Of a stretch of DNA of 64,000 bases, positions 50,800 to 64,000 are shown piece after piece (the stretch's first letter is position 1; every line of letters starts with the position of its first letter). The position numbers and the translations under genes are program-made. The notes under the pieces are model-generated. The model saw only the letters and a list, made by a program, of their open reading frames with translations. It made no database searches and was not told the origin of the DNA. The DNA lies in contig JAQFVV010000007.1 in assembly GCA_028023455.1 (NCBI GenBank), forward strand, positions 14,074,001-14,138,000, read 5' to 3'. This DNA comes from Epiperipatus broadwayi. Lineage: Eukaryota > Animalia > Onychophora.

Positions 50800-53700
50800 C
50801 TTTTAAATCACAGTAAGGCAAGTCCATGATAGAACTGGAAGCTGCTACATGACTAGAACTCATGAGGCAAGCTAAGATATACAACTAAAAATGAGGTCAG
50901 TCATTCAGATATGACCAGATCATTATTGACTAAGTTATATGTAAAATTGTATTTATAATTGGTATAACATATATATATATATATATATATTTGTTCTAAT
51001 AAATTATACATATTAACTTCTGTGAGTGTTCATATTTTTTTTGATATTACTGTTGATTTGGATCTGAAACCTGAAATTCAGCCAAATACAACAGATTTGA
51101 CTGAAAAAAAAATAGTATAAAATACACCAGTTCCGATAGATTAAATATGAGAGTGCAGCTAAAGACATTTGTCATTACATGATGGTGATTATTAAAATCA
51201 CAGATATATTCAAATCAAATATTTGACTGTAAATGTATAGGTATATAAATTATAAGCTTAAACCAACCACAAGAGCTTTACTCATACCAAGATGACAGAA
51301 ACTCACCCTGGTGGGTTGTTATCCTTTTTACTGTCAATTTTTGAACAACCACAAACTGTAGTTGTAAAAGTAACAAGTGAGTGGTTACTTGCAGTTATTT
51401 CTCTCATGACTTAAAGAGGGAAATAAATCAATGGTGAATTTGACTAGCTCTATGGAAGCTTTTGACTCAGCCCACCTTTAGGGCTGGACAAGCTATAAAG
51501 AGCAGTTAATATTTTACCTACAAGCTAATCAGATCAAGAAGTCTGAGATAAAATTAGCCACATTAATAACCATAATAGATCCTCAGACTTAGGAGATAAC
51601 TCATGTCTCAATCTATTGCAGAAACACCACCTGAACTAGATTTTGACAAAACATTAACAATTCTCACAGATTATTTTCCCCCAAACCCTTGACAATAATG
51701 CAAAGATATTATTTCAACATCTGCATGCAAGAACAGGGAAAAACATCCAGAGTTCACAACAAGAATTTGACCATTGGCATTAAAGTATGAATTCAAATAA
51801 TTCCTGAATGAAGCCCTTCATGATCATTTTATTTGCGACATAAACGATCACAATTTAAGACTTAAAGTGTTGATGATGCCAGATTTAGATTTTGAAACAA
51901 TGGTGGCCCAATCAATACTAAAAGAATCAATACCTAGTTCTGTAAATCCTTTAAAAAAATACTATGTATTATGTGCAAAATATTGAGCATAACATTGGGT
52001 CATTCATATCCTTAGTCAGATCAGATAATTCAGCATCAAATAGTCTAAGGCACTGATATAGATGCAATGAACAAATGCACACACATACAGAATTCCCACA
52101 CCACTATACAACATGTACATTTTGCAAGTGGGTTGGACATTTAAAGGTTACAGGTTGAAATTAAAAAGACAGACAGTGATATGACAATGGAAAAATCAAT
52201 TTCAAAAATAGCAAAGGCAATTTTAAGAAGAACACACAAGTTGCCTGTATAAATCATATTAAAGATGATCAGTCTGGATTTATACACAGTGTTATATAAT
52301 TAATGAAATGCCAGTTACAGTGGAACTGGACACAGGGTCTGCAGTGTCTATTGTTTCAAAAAAGACCTGGGCTATCATTAATAAAAAAATTAAATATAAG
52401 CTGCATCCTAGCAGCAAGTCAATCTCAGACTATCAGGGCATTAAAATAATAAATATTGTTGGGCAAAACAACAATTAAAATTACAATGCCTAACAGGACT
52501 ATACACCTACCACTGGTAGTAGCATCAGGTAATAATAGTAATTTATTAGGCCATGACTAGTTCAGTCACTTAGGCTTTGTAGTGACAAAAGTGAACCAGG
52601 TCGCAACATCAAGTCAAGCAATTATCATGATTGACTTGTAATCAAATACACACTGAACAGTAAGACAGTGGTTGTATGATCCGACCCTGGGTTACAAAAA
52701 CTACAAAAATAGATCCAACAGCGTTGGCCAAATAAAAAAACAGATGAGTTGCATTCAGCCCACTTGATATGAAAGCTGATCCTCTCAACTGAACTTGTGT
52801 ACATTGTCTGGGGATCCAGAATAGTAATTCCACCAGCTGGACATTCTCAGGTGCTTAGTCTGTTACATAATGGGCATCTGGGGATAGTCAGAATGAAGTT
52901 TCTGGCAGTATCATACATATAGAGGACTATCTTAAATGCTGATATTGAGGTCAAGGTACACTACTTCTGGCAATCAAAAATGAATCTAAACATGCCAGCA
53001 AAGAAGAAAACAGCTTAGTGGCCTAAACCTAACCTGTCATCCATGAAACCTGAATGAAACTACAGTAAAAAAGAAAAAGACAATATAAAAAATGCAAATA
53101 GACAATCAGATGCTATGAAAATATATCATGGAACCACAAAATGGATACTAGTGGTGGGTGCACAACTGAATGTACTCTACACTGTAGTTATTTAAACAGC
53201 AGACGGGTATCAACATCATTGCCACCTAAACCAACAGACTGAGTCACACAGAAGCATCAAGTGAAAATGATGATCACAAAACTGAAGACAGCAACAATTA
53301 GGCAAATACACAGTGACAAGACCATCAATCAAGGGATGATGAACAAGACAATAACAGCAATAAACTTGAGAAACCAATAAAGCAGACAACATGACATCCA
53401 GCTCATCTTAGATGACTACATTTTCCAGGGCTAAATTTGGCTGGAGGAGGGATGCCATATCTGACCTTACCTTCAAAAGTGGATTGGTCCAGATTTCTGA
53501 CTTATCTAATTGGATTGAACACTCATTGCTACTAACCAATGTGTAAACATGTGGGTAACCAATGTATAAACATAGCCAAAGGGTAAAACATAATTATGGC
53601 CAATGTGTAAACATGTTTTTAAAATCCTATCATTGGTTAGTATGGGAAAATAGGCAATGATGCTCTTTGGATCTGATTGCTTCCAGTAAGGTAGGGGATC

Positions 53701-54145
53701 TGTCAGTAAATTGTTGGCCTTTTTAGAAGCAAGCCAGAGAGAGAACATATGTCTAACCTGGTTGGTTGAATGTGCTCTCAATTGAACCCAATTTCAACTG
53801 TGAACAGGTTTTTACTATAGTCATTACTAATATGTCTATACAGTGAGACAAGTCCATGGTAGAACTGGAAGCTGCAATGACAATGGCTGATTTGATGTAA
53901 GCTGTCCACTACAGCCAAAAGAAGTCTTGACTAAAACTCACAAGGCAAGGTAAGTTATATTGCTGGGAGTTCAGCTATTTAGGCATGACCAGCTCATCAT
54001 TGATTAAGTTATATGTAAAATTGTATTTACTAATGGTATAATGTGCATTTATTCCAGTAAATTATACATATTTTGGTTTGGGTCTAAAACCCCAATTTAG
54101 CCAAACATAACTGTAAATTCAAAATATATAAAAATTTGACTAAAA
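50800..54145 (+). mobile_element. Ty3/Gypsy (Mag-like) LTR retrotransposon, internally deleted and decayed
   Basis: Gag from 51452 (FD..GWTSYKEQL.FYLQAN; FLNEALHDHFICDI), knuckle CTFCKWVGH 52114-52140, protease LDTG 52326-52337, integrase N-term WGSRIVIPP..LHNGHLGIVRMKFLA; PPT ggaggaggga 53443-53452 then TG; LTR homology 50810-51115 vs 53840-54145. Confidence 0.9.
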
Positions 54146-55155
54146 AATAAATCTTTAATTGATAAAATGTTAATTAATAAATAAACATTTTTAGGCATAT
54201 TATTTAAAAAAAATACTAACCTGTAGATAAATATATTATAGAAAAATAGTTTTGATAGCTATAATTTTTTCATTGGTGTTGCTTTCATACCTAGAGAAAG
54301 CTATTTCCTGATTTACTATTTGTTGAATTAAAATTAAACATAAAGAAAAAAATATAATAAATCATAATGTAAATGTTAATTTCTTTTTTAAAAAAAATAA
54401 TTCACAATATACAGCATAAAATTTATTTTTGATCCTCTTTGTATTCAATTACCAAAGTTTTATTTTTGTAATTTCTAACCAATCAAATTTTGAATTATTT
54501 TGTAGTGCTGTTATTTTTTTTAATTGCAATTTTTTTATTATTTTACATAAATGCAGTGAAATACTGATTGAAGACTAAGCAAATAAATAATATTTTAAAC
54601 TTATATTTAGTAATCTTAGATCATGTAAAGTTGATTATTATCTGCATAATGCACAAAATCATTTTATGATTGCCATATTTTTACCATTGGTAAAATAACA
54701 TTTGTAAGAATTTCAGTGAATAAAATGTATTAATGAATATATTTTAGCACATTTTGAAATTTAATATTAATACACTTCATTATACATGATCAAACTATGT
54801 TTTTATTACAAGATGTACTAAAGAAAACTGACATTATTTTTATTTTGTAGTAGTTAAAAATGAAAATCGTCTTTACTTTGGATTTTTTATAAATGAAAGT
54901 ATTAATTGTCTTACAAAGACACTGGATGAAAATTAGATAAAGTATATTATTTGCATTTTAATTCTATAGTCAAAGCATAATAGTATTTACTGTACAATGG
55001 ATATGCTCTGTGTTGTATTGCACTCTTTTAACATGAATGCTACCACTTTATTTTTGGATAACACAGCTTTAATAAAATCACTATGCTATGATGTTTCCAA
55101 CCTTACAAACAAAAACAAACACATTTTGAATGTTTTGAAAGATTATAATAGTGAA

Positions 55156-55227
55156 TAGTTGATTGTAAATGAAAGTAATGACTACAAATTGTAGTTGATT
55201 GTAAATGAAAGTAATGACTACAAATTG
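55156..55227 (+). repeat. Perfect 36-bp tandem duplication
   Basis: tagttgattgtaaatgaaagtaatgactacaaattg x2. Confidence 0.95.
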
Positions 55228-55639
55228 ATGATGATCATTTTTACAAAAATCTTATTTACACTTAGAATGTTAACATTTAGTCCCTGAAAATCTTTCAATT
55301 AATATATATAAATACTTGAATACTATAAATGCAAAATGGAAAAAAAAATATTAATCATATGAAGACTAAAAAATTATGAGATTTCAGACAGTTTTATTGT
55401 TTTTAAAAAATAATAATAATTTTCCATTCCTTAATTAAATTACATGCAAATTAAATTATTATATCATCTTACTTTAATTATTTATAACTTTTGTATAATA
55501 ATTATTCATCTTGCCTTTATTATTTTTTTTATAATTATAAGTACTCTTCATGTGAATCACTGTCTTTATCATTAATATTTTATTATTAAATGTATCTATA
55601 CTTTCATAACATAGAGTTAAGTTTATAAATATCATCAAC

Positions 55640-55900
55640 TTCATTATTTTCAATAAATATCGATTTACTGCAGATTGAAGGTCTAAGTTGAAATTCGTTT
55701 CTCTGATTAGTGGCCTCTTTTCTCTGCATCACTCCAGCAAATTTTTTTCATCCCATCCATCCATCTCACATGTGGTCTCCTTCTAGGTCTTTAGAATTTG
55801 TTTAAAACCTCGATGTAAATTGCAATTTTCATCTGTTATCATTTCTTTCTGCATATGTCCAGCCTAGTCTCATTTCAATTTTTTAATTATATCAATGTTG
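55640..55900 (-). mobile_element. RTE LINE 3' fragment
   Basis: (W)AGHMQ..NDNR and catccatccatctcacatgtggtc (RWMD region). Confidence 0.7.
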
Positions 55901-57584
55901 TAATATATAGATGTTCATATCATTTGCATAGCAAATAACCTATCAGTCTTCCATGATGCGAAAGAATTGTTGAATTTTTTCTTATATGTCAAAATTTGTA
56001 TGCAAATTTAGAATTTGTTTTAAATAATAAGCTCATAATCAACCTGGATTGCTATTGCATTGGTGGTTGGTAAAGGAGTTCTACATATTTTTAATAAGAA
56101 AATAAATTAAAAATGAAAAATTATAAAAATGCTCACTATTTGGCAGATGGCTAATTTAGTAAATCATGTTTCCTTCTTCATTTATCTTGTGTATAAGGTT
56201 GTTGAAAAATTTGTTGATATATAATATTTATGTGTTAATAATATGGTGACTATTTACCTTTTCACAAAGTGTTAAATATAGATTAAAATCGGTCCCTATT
56301 TTGCATGAGTGTTACTTGGTAAATGTATCAAGTTGTTAATATTTATTGGCGATTCAAGTGTTTGAAATCTCTAGTTCACTTAAAAAATGAAATACATTTT
56401 CAGAATGCCTGCATATTGAAAGAGAGTAGTTTGTGTTTTTTCACAGGGTGATAGTTGCAACGTGGTGGAGTTGAGATGAGACAGACAATAGTAAAAACCA
56501 AAAAATATTTAAAGGCAGTTTGTTTTTCATCTTTATCTAAATAGCTATGATTTTTAAATATCTTTTTATAAGGCAGATATAGCTTTTATGATACGTTATC
56601 CAACTCTAGTGTATGATTAGTTGCTCAGTAGGTTAAATGATGTTGAAATTTCACATTGTCAGGCTAATCATAATTATTTCAACTGAGACTTTTTTTAATC
56701 ATCTATAAATCTTTATTTCTTGAGTTTTTCATTCACTTCAGATAATTAAAAAAAGTGATGTTTTCAAAATACTTGTGTAATGCAATAATTTGATTTAGAT
56801 TTTATATGCAGTAGAAAATTAATTTAAAACTTTCAGCTGAGCCATTCTTCTATGCTTTCAGACTAAATTAGTATCCCTTGTTGGCAGTCTTTTTCAAATT
56901 ACAAGTTAGAACTCATTATTACATATTTAGTATTTCTATACTTTTTTGGTTTATTTATGTAAATTAGAGCTTTTTTCTGTATTCTGTATTATTTTTAGCA
57001 TTATACTGTGTGTTCCAAAATTTTTAAAAAGGCACAGTCAGATATGTTGAATTAATTAACATCGCAAATACTATTTAATCAATGTTTAACTAACAAGCAT
57101 GTAATCAACATATTTAATTGTAGTTAATAATATAGGTACAGCAAAATAATATATGAAACGACATTCATAAACAACATAAGTTATTAGCTAGGTGTGCTTT
57201 TTATAAACTAAATATTTATTTTATTTAATTACTTAAATCAACTTAGATATACACCAGCATATCACTTAATTATTAGTTTTTGCTTACTAAAGTAGTCAGG
57301 AACATTTTTTTCTCTATGCTTGCACCACCTACAGAAAACTTCGGAAATAAGTGATTATCAGATGGTTGTCTAATTTAACCCTATATTCAAATGGATTTCT
57401 ATTTGCCTTTAACAGTGATGTCTTTGGATTTAAAGCTGGAACCAATGCATTTATCCAACTAGTAGCTACCTTAAATCTTTTCACTATCTAAAACGCTATT
57501 AGCTGGTAACTACTAATTACTCAATTTTACACTAGATGGCTCTAGATTAGAAAAATAAGAATACTCAATCAGATAATTTATTTT

Positions 57585-57965
57585 TAAATAGAGGGATTTG
57601 AACTCCAGATTTTTCATTCTATTCATCTTTTACTCTATTTCAAACAACTGATACACATGACTGCACACATGTGGAAAAGGTATGTTATCTCAGTATAAGT
57701 ATTTTTTGCAAAAGCAGCACCCATCATTTGGGCCAGATCATAATTCCCACACATATGTATAATCAGTGCTCCATTTATATTAAGATAGCAAATTTTTAGA
57801 CTTTAATGGGTAGGCTTGAATCTTTTCCCCTTTCACTATTCAACTATTCATTTTATTGAAAAATTGATGATGAAATATTCGAAACCTTTTTTGGATTTGA
57901 TGTTATAGTCATACCTATGTAGTGATTACATGAATCTAATCCTTATATTATCAGACATTATGTAT

Positions 57966-58021
<56 letters not shown>

Positions 58022-58395
58022 ATTAGAAGAGAGATGGGCTGAACTTATAATAAGATGTAATCTCTTTTCCAAGCAATATATAATTCTTTGTCAGTATGCA
58101 ATTTGCTTAAACTGAATGTTTCTTATATGTGTAAATAGAGAGATTTGAACACAGGAATTTTCAATCTATTTATCCTCTGCTCTATTTCAAGCAATTGATG
58201 CACATGACAATACACATGCAAAAAGATACATGATCTCTTATATATGCATTTCTTGCAGAACCAGCAATTATCAGTTGGGTCAGATCATAATCCCCCATGC
58301 ATATTTATAATAAATGCTCAGTTTATATTAAGATAGCAATTCGTCAAACTTTGGAGAGGCTTAAATATTCTCACTCCTCCAACTATTAAATATAA
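57585..58395 (-). mobile_element. Two tandem family-2 HHR repeat units separated by an (AT)n-containing spacer
   Basis: Units ~57585-57860 and ~58125-58395; second has tgacccaa CTGATAA(58268-58274) TTGCTG GTT CTGCAA GAAA TGCATA; both have a gttcaaatc B-box-like motif 3' of the HHR. Confidence 0.78.
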
Positions 58396-58714
58396 AAAAT
58401 AAAAAAATAACATGCACATATCTTAATTAAAATAATAGATTTAAAATAAAATTATATATGAAATTTAAATAATTAATTTTGACAATTTGTACACTATATT
58501 AATAAATTTTAATTTTAATTTTTTTAATATCCTGCATTTATTAATATTTTGTTCATTTACAGAATATATATATATATAAATAATTTATATTATTCAAATT
58601 AATTTTAAAAACTATTTATAACAAAATGAAATATAATATACAATATATATATAATTTAATATTAGTAACACTTGAAGAACTATAATATTAGAAATTATAT
58701 TAAAATATTAAAAT

Positions 58715-59490
<776 letters not shown>

Positions 59491-60489
59491 TAAATTATGT
59501 GTTTCGAAGACTGGTTTATAAATTTTCAAAAACTAAATATAAAAAAAAGAGAGATAAGTAAACATTAGAAATATCATATGGAAAAGAATAAAAATTAAAT
59601 GAAGTTAGAAAATAGCTTATAACAGCAGGAAGTTTAATGTGAAGATAAAACAATGTATTCAGATGGTTTTATAGTTTGAGTATTGAAAAGATGCCCAAAT
59701 GGTAGAAGTTCTGAACTGGATTCAAATCTATGATCCAATATTCCAAAGTCTGGCATTCTATCACACATGGAGTAAAAATATTAAGATATTGACTTAATAT
59801 AGGCTGGTTAGAAAGTCAAAAATTTATCACATATAAAACAAATAAGATATAAATCTTATATATAGATAGAATTTTATTGGTCTTGCTCAGATATCATACA
59901 ATATTTTAGCATCAAAAGAACCTTTAAATATATATATATCTTTAAAAAGAAATAATGTACAAGATGATAAAGAAAATCTAGAGATTGAAAAAGGTTGTAT
60001 AAAATTTAAAATCACTGAAAATTTATTAATTATTCAATGATCATATGATGTAGGTATATAATGACAGGGCAAGATCGAAAGAAAAATATAATAAAGATGT
60101 TTAACAGTTGCTGGAATTTTAAAAGTTACTAGAATATAATTCATAACAAATAAAAAAATCACTATTATAGAAGTCATTATATTGTAGAAATAGGAAATTA
60201 AGAAATGTTAAGTGGTTCAAAGATATGATTATAAATTTGAAGAAAGTGAATGAATAATTTAATGATAATAATATTGCCACAAAGAAAATGTAAAGTGGTA
60301 AATTTAAACAAAAATTGAAAAATCATTATGAAAATAAAATGTTTGTTTGAAGAAAGTTTATGTTTTTATTTAAAATAGATTTATTTAAAAGATATAGAAT
60401 GTATTTATTAAAAAAGGATGTAAAATATTAGATGTATTAATTTACCATAAATTATATGGTCCAATAAATTAATAAAATAGTTGATGTAT

Positions 60490-60588
60490 AAATCATCATC
60501 ATCATTGTCAACCATTATCAATTCACTGCAGGATGAAGGTCCCTCCAAGTTCAATCCATCTTCTCTGATCTCCAGCCTTTCTTCTGTA

Positions 60589-60673
<85 letters not shown>

Positions 60674-60910
60674 CATCACCATCAGCATTATTGTCAACCA
60701 TTATCAATCCAGTGCAGAAGGGAGGGTTCTCCATGTTCAATCCATCTTCTCTGATCTCTAGCCTCTCTTCTCCAAATCACCTCTGAACACTTTCTTATTT
60801 CATCCATCCATCTCACATGTGGTCCTCTTGTTGAGTCTTTTACAATCTCTTGCAATCCAGTTTAAGATTTCAAGTGTCAATCTATTATCATCTCTTCTAT
60901 CAATATATCC
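60490..60910 (-). mobile_element. RTE LINE 3' end with duplicated terminus around (AT)n
   Basis: TRGPHVRWMDE; (TGA)n-type tail; ttgtcaaccattatcaat..ttcaatccatcttctctgatctc occurs twice flanking (AT)n 60593-60668. Confidence 0.8.
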
Positions 60911-61629
60911 TACTATATATAAATATTGTCTATATGTAAATATATAGACAAAATGTGTTGGAGATAAAAGTAAACAAGAAAAATAAGTAAATACTAAGAT
61001 AGACAGATAAGAAAATGAAGTAAAATGATTTTAAAAAACGGTGCCAGAAAATAGGTAAAATAATTTTTTAAATAAAGATAACAAAATATATTTATAAAAT
61101 ATTGCTGTCATAAAAATGTAAATAAGAATCAGCATAAGAAAATATGTAAGAATGTAGCTACTAGAAAGAAAAAAAAGCAACTGGAATTGACAAAAATTGC
61201 TTCCATAAGGATAAAGATGAGTTTAGAAAAAATAATTGTAATATATTGTGTGTAGCATCGGTATGCTCATAGTAATAAAATTGTCTGAATGAGGAATATA
61301 TTATTAAAATATATGTGTAAGAGGAATGAATGATAATTGGAAATACAATTAAAAGTGATGATGGATAATAATAAACTTGTTGGAATCAAAATATGAACAG
61401 AGCATTATGAAAAAGAATGTATGAGGGAGTTGAATGAAAATTAGAAATATGATTTTAGTGCACAATAAAGATTTTACATAGTCAATGCAGAATTTGAAAT
61501 ATATTATTAATTATGTTCATTAGCAAATTACTTTTGTCTATCTATTCTTTTACCATCTATTGTAAGCTGTAGTAATTAGTAGGTACCAGACACAAGTGTT
61601 TATTTAAATCCTTAACCAGTGTGGTCCTT

Positions 61630-61830
61630 TTCAAGATACTCCTACACTAGTTTCTAGCTTATGGCTTTTATTAGTGAGAAGATTTTTTGGTTTGTTTTGG
61701 ATAGTGCATGTTTTTAGACATTTGGATATAATGCACTGCCGCCTAGCATCTATTGATTATTAACGTTTACATAAGATGGCAAAAGAATAGGAGAGTAAAA
61801 GAATCTGTTAAACTAAGATCACATGGTGTT
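61630..61830. mobile_element. Degenerate family-1 relic
   Basis: cactagtttctagcttatggcttttattagtgagaa is the reverse complement of a mutated family-1 core; sense tail atctattgattatt follows. Confidence 0.6.
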
Positions 61831-61949
61831 TTGTTGTCAGGTTATTGTTAATTATGTGCAAGTAGACTAACAAGAATATGGAAAGAAATGAAAGATTATT
61901 TATATATGCTCTTTGTAAATTAGGGCATTTGTCTAGCCTTTGCCAGCTA

Positions 61950-62510
61950 TAGAAAGCACTCTTAAATTACTTGGTGTTAAAAATGCACTTCACACTCAAT
62001 ATAACTATCTATAATTTTTTGAAAAAATTCAAATGGTGGAACCTGGAATCAAAGTTCTTCAACTTCTTGGTGAAAGTTAACCTCAATGCTCTACTCACAG
62101 GGAGTTTCCTGACATCTTATAGGGTTATAAATCTATTAGTAGCATATGTGGTTTGTGTCAAAGAGAGGATGAGACTATTGAACACATCTTTGATAGATGT
62201 CTTGGTTTGCAAAGCTGTAGATTCCTGATTTTTACAATTTATAAAATAAAAAATACTTTAATATTGATTCTAATGCAGGGCATCAAATCAGGCATATTTG
62301 CAGTAATAAGGAGTGCTACATTCTTGATTTCAGTGTCTGGTTGACAAGTTATATGCTTTTTTTTGACACAAGTAACTCAGACCCATTGAGATATTCATCA
62401 AGAAGATCAGTGCAATAAAAGAAAGAGACAAGAGACTCACTCTTCAATTGACATTTAGCAGCACTTGGGAAATGATTGACATTAAAATGTTCACAATGAA
62501 CTAATTAAAT
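61950..62510 (+). mobile_element. L1/Tx1-type LINE ORF2 C-terminal remnant (zf-RVT)
   Basis: KWWNLESKFFNFL..NALLT followed by CGLCQREDETIEHIFDRC (CX2CX8HX4C, 62147-62200). Confidence 0.78.
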
Positions 62511-64000
62511 ATTTTTACCTAGTAAGATCATGGATCCATGGAGGATATTTATTAAAAACATCAGTGTTTAAGGAACAAGATAGTAGACTAGCACCTCAAT
62601 GAGCATTTGGGAGCATGTGGGAGATGAGTCACGTTGAGACATCCACAATAAAATCATTAAATATATGGACCTGGTGTGTATCAATGCGTATTTCTTTTAA
62701 TGATGAATATAAAGTAATATTATTCATTTTATACCCATGTTTAAGTTAAGTATGTTAGTTTATATGGTTGGATTTGTTAACACAGAGCTGTCTTTCTCAT
62801 AGTGAATGTCAATAAATTATATACCTTTGTAACAATAATTTGTAACCTTTATAACAATATACCTTTTTTTGGAAAAAAATAGATTTGTGCATATAATTTA
62901 ATAAGCTAATTTTTTTAGATATATATTTTATTTGTTCATTTTTTATTTAACTTTTCTTTGCATTGTATCATATATATATTGAACTGGGTGGGATACTAGA
63001 TCACTTAGGAAACTCAAACTAGCATGAACTTTGACTTTTTAAATAAAAAAAAACTAAATTTGTGAAAGCAAAATTATAAGACTTATTTTATACAAAAAAA
63101 AATATGATACAATTATAAACTTATACATTCAATCTACACCAATGCAATTTAATTATTGCACCACCACAGCCTCTTAGGCAGAGAAGCATAATACCCAGAT
63201 GTAACCATGCCCAAATCAGAACTATATTTAAAATATATATAACTGTGATTACATTTCAAAAGCACAAATTTTCTCGGCTGCAAAATTCAACATTTATTAT
63301 TCAAAGCACTTTTTTATTTTGGAGTAAACTTTAGGTGCCAGTTAATTATACCAAAAGAGTAAATAATGCACTTTGAATGTCGGCAGCACCTAAGAAATAC
63401 CAACTAGCTCAATCAAAATGATAATGTAATATACTGTTACTTTATTTAGTGGTAAAAGAATTGACTGACAAAATATTAAGCTTTAAAGACAATTTATTTC
63501 AACTAAATACTTATTATTGTAAATTTTAAGCTACTTTTATAAAATTTTAATTAAATTAAACAATGATTTATAACAATCTCAGGCAGACATATATTATAAT
63601 AAGATATACAATAGTAATATAATTCAGCATTAAAATAATTACAAGCATTCAAAACACACACATCAATAGTTCATTTTATGCAGTTATACAGTTCATTTAT
63701 TAACTGACTCTGAGAGGCTTCAAGATTAGAAATGGCTACATTAATATCAGAAATGAAAATAAGAAAATGTTTTTCATTACTTATAAGATTTTGGATGTTG
63801 ACTTTTTGCTGTTTGCTCCTCATGTACATTTTTTCCAACTGGTTGGATTTGAGGTTTTGTGGAGGTTCCTATGACTGCTATGTTGTAGCACTATTATTTA
63901 AGACAGTTAAATATCTCTGGAAATTTTAAATTATTAGGCAGGTATCACTTATTGGGCAGCTTTCTAATGTTTCATCGGGCAAAGGCTGGGGCCTGGCTGT

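Noticed and set aside
57530-57545. CTCF-like site CACTAGATGGCTCT (similar at ~47958)
   Set aside because: A single short motif match is not supportable without binding data.

Overview
Very AT-rich, CpG-depleted animal-type genomic DNA (GC not computed; looks roughly 25-30%), mostly intronic/intergenic and dense in mobile-element debris. No intact, identifiable host gene, rRNA, functional tRNA or CRISPR array. Recognisable remnants: a near full-length decayed Penelope-like retroelement (PLE; RT + GIY-YIG) with an inverted pseudo-LTR plus a second truncated copy, an internally deleted Ty3/Gypsy element, RTE-, CR1/L2-, Jockey/I- and L1/Tx1-type LINE fragments, a young tRNA-Gly-derived SINE with a 16-bp TSD, and long microsatellites. 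The main unannotated signal is four distinct families of minimal type I hammerhead ribozyme (HHR) motifs. (1) An ~440-480 nt retrozyme-like monomer present about 10 times, almost always as fold-back palindromes with variable turn points and once as a tandem dimer. (2) A second dispersed/tandem HHR repeat. (3) A small fold-back whose HHR can be rebuilt from opposite-strand CpG decay. (4) The PLE pseudo-LTR, where an HHR-like motif lies just downstream of a tRNA-like A/B-box segment. All calls are by eye; boundaries of degenerate repeats are approximate (about +/-20 nt) and ribozyme activity is untested.
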